The notes below the pieces were generated by a model, which saw nothing but the letters and a program-made list of their open reading frames with translations, had not been told where the DNA came from and ran no database searches. From Minisyncoccota bacterium (GTDB lineage Bacteria; Patescibacteriota; Minisyncoccia; Phycocordibacterales; UBA918), in the NCBI GenBank assembly GCA_041688155.1, contig JBDNIW010000003.1, forward strand, positions 95,397 to 159,396: 64,000 nt of DNA, given 5' to 3'. A program made the translations under genes and the position numbers. This document shows, in pieces, positions 37,038 to 44,543 of the stretch; positions within the stretch are counted from its first letter, which is position 1; each line of letters begins with the position of its first letter.

Positions 37038-37908
37038 TCAGCCAGTCGGTGAACGACATGGCGGATTTGCCTTCGGGAACCACCGTGATGAGGCGGAGTT
37101 TTCCCATGGAGAACTCCGCCTCTTTGATTTTGATTCGTCGGTCCGCGTGCATAAACCAGGTGTCACCGATGCCCATAAAAGCGTTGATTTTGAGCCACGC
37201 GAGGCGTGCTTGGTTGCTGGTGGGGAGTTTGTATGGGTTGAGGATCAGCTCGCTGTCGGCCTTGCCGAGGCGACCGCAGTAGGTGGCCATGGAGTGTTCT
37301 TGTTCCTGAGGGATGATGGTATCAGCCAGGTAGTCACGCAGGACATCAGCCAACATGGCGCCGCCCATAGCCGCTAGGGCAACGTCGAGGTCTGGGCCGG
37401 GGGTCGGCCAGTTCTCGTCGCTGATCTCTAGGGGCATCTGATCGAGAATCGGACCAGTGTCCATGGTGGCGTCCATTTGCATAATGGTGACGCCGATGGC
37501 TTCGCGCTGATCGCTCATGATGGCGGTCCGGATGGGGCTAGCGCCGCGCAGGAGCGGCAACATTGATGGGTGCATATTGATGACGCCGTGAGTCGGGATG
37601 TCGAGCAACCACTGGGGCAGGATGTAGTTGTACGCGACGACGATGAATACGTCCCACTTGGTGGACTCAAGGTAGGTGCGGGTCGCCTCGTCTTTGTATG
37701 CGGTTGGTTGATACACGTCGATGGTTTTGGATTCTGCCCACGCTTTTACCGGGGGAGCAGTCATAACTTGCTTGCGCCCGACTGGTTTGTCGGGACTGGC
37801 GACGATGAGGTTAGGGGTAATACCAGTGAGATACAGCTCTTCTAACACCGGGACAGCCAGTGGTTCACCGCCAAAATAAGCAATACGGGGTTTTGGTTTA
37901 TTTGTCAT
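37012..37908 (-). CDS. fmt: methionyl-tRNA formyltransferase
   Basis: PDKPVGRKQ, VVAY, NMHPSMLP.LRGASPI and MDTGPI; true start ATG 37908 (the ORF track over-extends). Confidence 0.93.
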   Translation of the reverse strand: MTNKPKPRIAYFGGEPLAVPVLEELYLTGITPNLIVASPDKPVGRKQVMTAPPVKAWAESKTIDVYQPTAYKDEATRTYLESTKWDVFIVVAYNYILPQWLLDIPTHGVINMHPSMLPLLRGASPIRTAIMSDQREAIGVTIMQMDATMDTGPILDQMPLEISDENWPTPGPDLDVALAAMGGAMLADVLRDYLADTIIPQEQEHSMATYCGRLGKADSELILNPYKLPTSNQARLAWLKINAFMGIGDTWFMHADRRIKIKEAEFSMGKLRLITVVPEGKSAMSFTDWLTSLGPRVR

Positions 37909-38431
37909 GATTGGTTTTATACTCTTCAGGTTCGTTGCCTTTCTGCCAAGTTTTGATCGCGCGGTCGGGGAAGAGGATGCCGTCGAGGTGGTCGTATTCG
38001 TGCTGCATAATCTGGGCGAGGAGGCCACCAGCGCCGCGGCTGTATCGCTGACCACTGTCATCAGTAGCCTCGATGGTGACGTTTTTGTGACGAGCGACGA
38101 TGCCGTACGTGTCAGGGAGCGATAGGCAACCTTCACCCATTTCTTGCATTTTTTTGGACATTTTGGTGAAGCGGGGGTTGATGGCGATGATGGTCGGGAG
38201 GGCGCCCTCGCGGTCTTTGGATTGGTCTTCGATGATGAACACCCGTTTGCTGATGCCGATTTGGGGCGCGGCAATAGCCACCGCGGCATAGCCGTCGACA
38301 TCGTAGGTTTTGATCGCTTGCCTCAGGTCGCGGACGATTTTGGCGACCGTACCATCAGCAAATTCCTCAGCCGAGCATTCCTCCGCCATGGTATGCAAGG
38401 CAGGGTGGTTTTCTGGGACTAGTTTAGCCAT
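37898..38431 (-). CDS. def: peptide deformylase
   Basis: AIAAPQIG, EGCLS and QHEYDHLDG; start ATG 38431. Confidence 0.95.
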   Translation of the reverse strand: MAKLVPENHPALHTMAEECSAEEFADGTVAKIVRDLRQAIKTYDVDGYAAVAIAAPQIGISKRVFIIEDQSKDREGALPTIIAINPRFTKMSKKMQEMGEGCLSLPDTYGIVARHKNVTIEATDDSGQRYSRGAGGLLAQIMQHEYDHLDGILFPDRAIKTWQKGNEPEEYKTNHDK

Positions 38432-38475
38432 AGGTAATGTGTAAAATATACGGTAAAAGGCAGTCATCGTCCAGT

Positions 38476-38502
38476 AAATACAGGGGTCGAACCCCTGTAT
38501 TT
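38476..38502. repeat. palindrome with 12-bp arms between def and priA
   Basis: aaatacaggggt-cga-acccctgtattt. Confidence 0.85.
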
Positions 38503-38570
38503 CACCATAAAAGAAAAGGGCCGCGGGTGACGCTGTTTATTTACTGTGGTCAAAGTTAAAATTATACACC

Positions 38571-40466
38571 CTATACAATCCGCTCGGGGTTCACTTCGAT
38601 TTTTACGTATGGTGGTAATGTCCGTAGGCGGTCTAGGGTGGTGATGTACGATGGTTTGTCTTCAGGGTTCAGTCTGATCAGGCCGTGGCGCATGACTTTG
38701 GTCCCGTTGGAGTGGGGGTGGTTGTAGCACTGGATTTGCTCTGCGCGCAAGGCGTTAGTGATGAGTTCCTCGGTCGCGTTGCTGGAATGAATCGTGCCGG
38801 CCCAGGTGAGGAGGATAAATGTGCACACAGGTGGGTACTGCACCATCTGGCGCAAGGCAATCTCGTCGTCATAAAACCGCTCAATCGCCCCACGGGTGGC
38901 GTACTGCAGGAGGTTGTCCGTCTCGGTGCGGGTTTGGACCAAGACTTCTTGGCTGCTGTGCTCGCGCAGGGTCAGTAGCAGGCGAAACAGCGACTCGTCG
39001 GCGCGCCACGTCGGGATACTGCGGGCGGCGTCGAGCGACACTACTGCACTGACCGCGAGGCCTTGTTGCAGGTACGGCAGGACGACCTGGGTGCCGATCA
39101 GCACGCCAGATTGTTTCTTAAAAAACTCGTTGGTTAGTTTGTGGACGTCTTTAGCGGTTTTGGCGATGGACTGGTCGATGACGGTGACGTCGCTGTCGGG
39201 GTATTCGGCTTTCCATTCGTCTGCCACCTGCTGGATCCCAATCCCGCGCTCACGCAGGCGCCAGGAGCCACACTTGGGGCAGGTGTCAGCGGCTTTGACT
39301 TTGCGCCCAGAGGTGCCAGACACAAACCAGCGTTGCTCTTGTTGGTTATCGTCATAGGTCCGCAGCAGGGAATACGTCGTGCCAGAGTCCGGGCAGCGGA
39401 AGATGTGACTGCAGTCGATACAGGCGACGCAGGGCGCGAGTCCGCGCCGAGCCGCAAAGAGAAACACCCGCCCACGAGCTTCGAGCGCTCGTTCGACTGA
39501 TCGTTTGAGTTCTTTGGAAAACAGCACAAACGGCACGTCTGGTTTGGCTTTGTCTTGTTGGTAGATAATCGACAACGGCGCTGGGAATGCCATTCGTTTG
39601 GCGGGCTCATCGTAGGTGGTGTAGCTATCTTCACGGCGTTTATACTCGTCTTCGGTTGCTGGGACAGTGTCACCAAGGATTATCTGGCGGCCGCAGGCCT
39701 TCCCGAACGCTTTGAGTGCTTCGCGATGGTCAAGGTACGGTCGGGTGCGGGCCACATAGTGTGCACTGCCAGAGTGTTCAACAATAATTGTACTGCAGTC
39801 GGACCGCTCGATGTAGGCGTAGGCTGGGGTGGTAATGATTAGTATAGCGGTTGAGGTGTCTTCAATCGCAGTGTACGCCTTATCGCGGGCTGACTTGGTC
39901 ATCATGGGTGAGAGGGTGATAACGCGATTTTTGATGCCGTTGGACATGTGTTTGGCGCAGTTAGCGACGTAGGCGGCAGTGGGGACTACCAGTAATACGG
40001 AATGTTTCTTGGCAAACTGGCTGCGCACGAGCGTCTGGTACGTCAGGTGTCGTTCGTCGGTCCTGGCGGTTAGGAGTTGCGGTACAGTGTCCTCGTTCAT
40101 TTCGCTCGCGCCACTGTCCGGGTACGGGCGGTTGCCATTGCGCACATCAGGCGGTAGGAGTTGGTAGATTATTGATCCCGTGGTGGCTGGGTATTGGTGA
40201 GTGAGGGCTTCGGCCGCAGCTCGAAAAGACGCCGGGAGGGCCCGAGCACCTGGTTGCTGGGGGAGTTTACGTAGGGAAAACGTCGCGGCTTTGAGCGCTG
40301 TTTTGCTCGCATGGGCTGGCCGTACCGCTGTTACGATAGCCGATTGCGTCTTGCCTCTGATTGGTACTTGCACAAAACTCCCAATCGGGTACGGCAAACT
40401 CGAGAAATACGACAACGACTCCAGCATAGTCCCGCGGATGAGTGGAGTGACGATAATGACGTGCAT
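38571..40466 (-). CDS. priA: primosomal protein N' (PriA)-like, degenerate helicase motifs
   Basis: N-terminal 3'BD-like region, RRG.A...C..C...CP...CP.CGS..L...GIG, LIGTQ, VQT and R....YPP. Confidence 0.82.
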   Translation of the reverse strand: MHVIIVTPLIRGTMLESLSYFSSLPYPIGSFVQVPIRGKTQSAIVTAVRPAHASKTALKAATFSLRKLPQQPGARALPASFRAAAEALTHQYPATTGSIIYQLLPPDVRNGNRPYPDSGASEMNEDTVPQLLTARTDERHLTYQTLVRSQFAKKHSVLLVVPTAAYVANCAKHMSNGIKNRVITLSPMMTKSARDKAYTAIEDTSTAILIITTPAYAYIERSDCSTIIVEHSGSAHYVARTRPYLDHREALKAFGKACGRQIILGDTVPATEDEYKRREDSYTTYDEPAKRMAFPAPLSIIYQQDKAKPDVPFVLFSKELKRSVERALEARGRVFLFAARRGLAPCVACIDCSHIFRCPDSGTTYSLLRTYDDNQQEQRWFVSGTSGRKVKAADTCPKCGSWRLRERGIGIQQVADEWKAEYPDSDVTVIDQSIAKTAKDVHKLTNEFFKKQSGVLIGTQVVLPYLQQGLAVSAVVSLDAARSIPTWRADESLFRLLLTLREHSSQEVLVQTRTETDNLLQYATRGAIERFYDDEIALRQMVQYPPVCTFILLTWAGTIHSSNATEELITNALRAEQIQCYNHPHSNGTKVMRHGLIRLNPEDKPSYITTLDRLRTLPPYVKIEVNPERIV

Positions 40467-40677
40467 GTTGGGTAGTATAGCAAACTAGAGAAATCTGGCT
40501 TTGTTGGGTGGTTCTGGTTGATTCTGAGTGGTTCGTTGAGCTGCGAAGGTGGGATAAGGAATAACGTGACGGTTTTTTCGGTGGCACACTATTGCAACAC
40601 TCAACTCCGCCGCACTCCTGCAAAACCATTTCCATACATCATTCGACGACCTGCAATAACTTTGGTATAGTTTGGTT

Positions 40678-40905
40678 ATGAAAACTCAGACATTAACAGT
40701 CGAATATGACCGCGAGGCCGATGGGCGATGGATAGCAGAAATCCCTAGCGTTCCGGGAGCGATGGCGTATGGTGCCACCAAAGCACAAGCCAGACGACAG
40801 GCGTCGGCAATCGCTTTGCGCACCTTGGCTGACCAAGTTGAGTCTGGTCGCTCACCACGAGTGCTGGCCCACTTTTTTTCTCATGGGACAGTGGCGCACG
40901 GTTAA
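40678..40905 (+). CDS. hicB: HicB-family antitoxin (short)
   Basis: EYDRE.DGRWIAEIP.VPG.MAYG.T. Confidence 0.85.
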   Translation: MKTQTLTVEYDREADGRWIAEIPSVPGAMAYGATKAQARRQASAIALRTLADQVESGRSPRVLAHFFSHGTVAHG

Positions 40906-41095
40906 AGCTCGTGCGCTGTTACGTTTACTTGAGGGTATCGGCTGACAGGTTGTACGTCAGCGGGGTTCACACCGTATTTTGACTAGACCGGGCTACCCTA
41001 ATTACACGTTTGCTTTTCATGACAAAGACGAAATTGGTCCTAAAATGTTGTCTCGTGTAGCTAAACACACCGGCTTGCGGCCAGAGGATTTATAG
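40883..41095 (+). pseudogene. hicA: HicA toxin with an in-frame TGA at the conserved Trp (40943-40945)
   Basis: MGQWRTVKARALLRLLEGIG*QVVRQRGSHRILTRPGYPNYTFAFHDKDEIGPKMLSRVAKHTGLRPEDL. Confidence 0.88.
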
Positions 41096-42604
41096 TTAAA
41101 ACTCCTCCAGATAGTCAACTTTTGCTCCCAGGGTGGTTAGGCGCTCAACCAGCTTTTCGTAGCCGCGGTTGATGCTGTAGATGTTGCGCAGGATTGAGGT
41201 GCCGTTGGCGGCGAGCATCCCAATCAGGAGAATGGTGGCAGGGCGCAGCGCCGGTGGGCAGACCAGCTCGGTGGCGGTGAGTTTGGTTGGGCCGGTGATG
41301 TAGATGCGGTGCGGGTCGGCCAATACCGTTTCGCCACCCAGGCGGTCAAGCTCGGTAAAATAGATGGCGCGTTTCTCGTACATCCAGTCGTGGATGAGGG
41401 TTTGGCCGGCCGCCTGGGTGGCGATGACGGCAAAAAACGGCAGGTTATCGGCGTTGATACCAGGGTAGGGCCGGGAGTGGATTTTCTCTAGTGAGGCGGT
41501 GAGTTTGGACGGCATGATGGTGAGGTCGACTAACTTGGTCCGGCCGTTGTGACTGAGGTAGGGTTTGGTTTGTTTGTACTTGAGCCCCATTTTTTGGAGG
41601 ACCAGTAGCTCTAGTTCGAGGAACTCGATGGGGCAGCGTTCGATGGTGATTTTAGAATGAGTAGTTATCGCCGCTGCGATAAAAAACATACTGTCGGTTG
41701 GGTCTTCTGAGAGGGTGTATTCGATTGGTTGGTTGATTTCCTTGATGCCGTGCACGGTGAGGGTGGTGGTGCCGATACCGTCAATCCGTACACCGACGGC
41801 CTCTAGGAACGTGCATAACTCTTGCACCATGTAGTTGGCGCTGCAGTATTTGATAGTGGTCGCCCCGGGTGAAAGGGCGGCGGCGAGGAGGGCATTCTCG
41901 GTTACCGTGTCGCCAGACTCGTAGAGGATGATTTCGGCTGGTTTGCGCGCGGCGTAGGTGATTTTGTAAGCATCTTGCGTCACGTTGATGTCGACACCAA
42001 AATGCTCAAGCGCGTAAAAATGCGGCCGGACGGTCCGGGAGCCGAGTTTGCAACCACCTGACTGGGGCAAGGCAAATTTGTTGAGGTGGTGGATCAGCGG
42101 GCCGATAAACATCACGATGCTGCGGGTGCGCTTGGCCGCGGTTTCATTGATGGCTTTGAGGTCAAACTTTTTGGGTGGGGTGAGGCTGATGGTGCTGCCA
42201 GTCCACTCGATTTTGACCCCGATACTCTCAAGCACTTCGGTCAGGCGGTAGACTTCCTCGATGCGGGGCATCTTGTGGATGGTAGTTTTACCCTTGTTCA
42301 GGAGCGCTGCGCACAGTAGTCCTACGGCGCCGTTTTTACTGGTGTTGGTGACGACCGTGCCAGATAGCTTGTGGCCGCCCTCAATCTGCAGGTTCATGGT
42401 GCCAGGGGAGAGGGTGACGAGGTTTTTGCCCAGCGCCTTACTAATTCTAGCTAGCATTTCGGCTGAGACATTTTGCCGCCCAGACTCCATCCGCGCGACC
42501 GCGCTTTGTGTGCTTTTAATTTTTCCAGCCAAATCAGACTGGGTCAGGCCGGATGATTCACGCAAGTCAGCAATTCGTCCTCCGATGTTCGTTTCAGATT
42601 TCAT
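41096..42604 (-). CDS. murA: UDP-N-acetylglucosamine 1-carboxyvinyltransferase with an N-terminal XRE HTH
   Basis: LRE..GLTQ.DLA....TQSAVARMESG; then SKN, GGCKLGSR, PYPG and I.RGYE. Confidence 0.92.
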   Translation of the reverse strand: MKSETNIGGRIADLRESSGLTQSDLAGKIKSTQSAVARMESGRQNVSAEMLARISKALGKNLVTLSPGTMNLQIEGGHKLSGTVVTNTSKNGAVGLLCAALLNKGKTTIHKMPRIEEVYRLTEVLESIGVKIEWTGSTISLTPPKKFDLKAINETAAKRTRSIVMFIGPLIHHLNKFALPQSGGCKLGSRTVRPHFYALEHFGVDINVTQDAYKITYAARKPAEIILYESGDTVTENALLAAALSPGATTIKYCSANYMVQELCTFLEAVGVRIDGIGTTTLTVHGIKEINQPIEYTLSEDPTDSMFFIAAAITTHSKITIERCPIEFLELELLVLQKMGLKYKQTKPYLSHNGRTKLVDLTIMPSKLTASLEKIHSRPYPGINADNLPFFAVIATQAAGQTLIHDWMYEKRAIYFTELDRLGGETVLADPHRIYITGPTKLTATELVCPPALRPATILLIGMLAANGTSILRNIYSINRGYEKLVERLTTLGAKVDYLEEF

Positions 42605-42770
42605 GTGGGTAGTATAGCAGATGCGCTATGTGGGTAGAGGGTTATAAACATTGACAAACATTATTATTTACGTTTAGTTTCTGGGACTGCTTAAAATTTC
42701 AAGCAACTGCCTGGCACCCGAGTGGCTTCTTTTTTTACGTAAACTTGCTACACTGACACCACTTACTTGT

Positions 42771-43790
42771 ATGTCTTTTTTCTCTAACCTTACGCCCAAA
42801 ATCGGCATTGATCTGGGTACCACCAACATTCTGGTATTTGTGCCGGGGCAAGGGATTGTGCTCAACGAACCATCGGTGGTGGCGGTATCAGACGATAATC
42901 GGGTGCTGGCGGTGGGGACTGAGGCTAAACTGATGATTGGCCGGACGCCCGAGAGTATCCGGGCGTATCGGCCCATGCGCGACGGCGTGATTGCGGACTA
43001 CCGCGTGACCGAAGCGATGCTGCGGTACTTTTTGCGCAAATCGATGAGTAAATTTAGTCTGTTCCGGCCGGACGTGATGGTGTCAGTACCAGCCGGGGTC
43101 ACCTCAACCGAGCGTCGCGCCGTGGTTGAAGCCACTATGAAAGCCGGAGCCCGTAACGCGTTTGTGGTCAAGGAACCAATTCTGGCCGCAATTGGGGCTG
43201 GTGTGCCGATTTATGAACCGCAGGGACATATGATCATCGATATCGGTGGTGGCACGATTGACTGTGCGGTGATTAGTCTGGGGGGGATTGTGTCATCCAA
43301 CTCAGTCAAGTGCGCTGGGAACAAAATCGACGCGGCGATTATCGACTACGTCAAAAAGTCGCGGAACCTCGCTATCGGTGAGAAAACCGCTGAGGAAATC
43401 AAAATCGGCGTCGGGTCCGCGTTACCGCTTGAGGAGGAATTGTCGATGGAGATCAACGGGCGCGATATGATTAGTGGCTTGCCGCGGAGGGTGACTATTA
43501 CGAGTAACGAGGTGGTCAAAGCCATCAGCAAGGAATTAAAAGAAATGATTGCTGCCATCAAAACCGTGTTTCAAGAAACTCCACCCGAGCTGTCGTCCGA
43601 CATCATCGACGGTGGCATCATCATGACAGGTGGCACCAGCCAGCTGCGTAATTTTCCTGAGTTGATCCGCAGGCGCACCGGGGTAAAAGCCGCCGTGGCC
43701 GACCAAGCGTTGTTCTGCGTCGCCAAGGGCACCGGGATTGCGCTGGAGCACCTGGACGTCTACAAACGAGCGGTGTTGGCCAAGAAGTAG
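42771..43790 (+). CDS. mreB: MreB/Mbl paralog 1
   Basis: IGIDLGT, EPSVVA, PMRDGVIAD, DIGGGT, GEKTAEEIK and TGG. Confidence 0.95.
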   Translation: MSFFSNLTPKIGIDLGTTNILVFVPGQGIVLNEPSVVAVSDDNRVLAVGTEAKLMIGRTPESIRAYRPMRDGVIADYRVTEAMLRYFLRKSMSKFSLFRPDVMVSVPAGVTSTERRAVVEATMKAGARNAFVVKEPILAAIGAGVPIYEPQGHMIIDIGGGTIDCAVISLGGIVSSNSVKCAGNKIDAAIIDYVKKSRNLAIGEKTAEEIKIGVGSALPLEEELSMEINGRDMISGLPRRVTITSNEVVKAISKELKEMIAAIKTVFQETPPELSSDIIDGGIIMTGGTSQLRNFPELIRRRTGVKAAVADQALFCVAKGTGIALEHLDVYKRAVLAKK

Positions 43791-43962
43791 ATTTTGGTCA
43801 ACTACTTTGTTGTCCGGCATAAAATATTGTTCACCGTACACTTGTACGGCTCACATGATTTTACTTGTCCGCCGCGTATTTGAGACAAAATCTACTGCTT
43901 TGCTATCAGGGTAGGATATGTAGAGACTTGAGTCTAAGCGGGCGGTGTTGGCCAAGAAGTAG
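43764..43962. repeat. 27-bp direct duplication of the mreB 3' end bracketing a family C fold-back
   Basis: 43764-43790 vs 43936-43962 match 25/27; agtagattttg/caaaatctact; core tcaccgtacacttgtacggctc at 43831-43852. Confidence 0.9.
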
Positions 43963-43968
43963 TTGTTA

Positions 43969-44253
43969 TTACACACGCTCTTGCGCTGTATGGTGAATCG
44001 TAATAATTACTACGGTTGGTTGCGGATCGGTGTCATCTACTCGATAGATGATTTGAAATGGACCAATAAAAACTCGCCGATATTGGTCGCGGAATTGCGC
44101 ACCTCGGTTTGGTAGTAGACTCAGAGACTCACACTTGGATTCTATGGCCTCAATCATTTTGACTGCAGCTGTTGGAGAATCTCCAGCGATGTAGTCGCCA
44201 ATCATAGTTAATTGCGATAGAGCGGCGGACGATAGAATTACTCTAGCGCGCAT
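43969..44253 (-). CDS. ParE/RelE-family toxin
   Basis: V.LS.AA..QL..I.DYIA.DSP.AA...L...PNRG...IIYRV...V.I.TI.H. Confidence 0.88.
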   Translation of the reverse strand: MRARVILSSAALSQLTMIGDYIAGDSPTAAVKMIEAIESKCESLSLLPNRGAQFRDQYRRVFIGPFQIIYRVDDTDPQPTVVIITIHHTAQERV

Positions 44254-44437
44254 AGCGCTGTTTCAGGATTGCAAAGGCTTCAGTTGCGTCTATTGCAGAG
44301 TCGTGTAATAGCGACGCTTCACCAGCGGCGATTTTGCGTTCGATAATCATGGCCTCAATCTGAATTGCGAGTTCTTGCTGGTCTGTTTCGGGTAAGTCAG
44401 CAGCGGAGGTGATGATGGCTGTGAGTTGGTGTTTCAT
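44243..44437 (-). CDS. putative antitoxin
   Basis: Small ORF overlapping the toxin start; TGC-TAAAAT lies 6 nt before ATG 44437. Confidence 0.7.
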   Translation of the reverse strand: MKHQLTAIITSAADLPETDQQELAIQIEAMIIERKIAAGEASLLHDSAIDATEAFAILKQRYAR

Positions 44438-44543
44438 GTCCAAATTTTAGCATATATGCGCAATGGTTTCAGCTATGTTTGCGGTCGACGACTGACACTT
44501 ACTACTTGGTTTTGTTGTCGGGTGATGTTGTATACTTGCAGTA

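Noticed and set aside
37909-38301. N-terminal extension of fmt in the ORF track (429 aa)
   Set aside because: It overlaps def in another frame; Fmt homology starts at ATG 37908.
40943-40945. In-frame TGA as evidence for genetic code 4 or 25
   Set aside because: TGA terminates several intact genes in the window and long genes contain no internal TGA.
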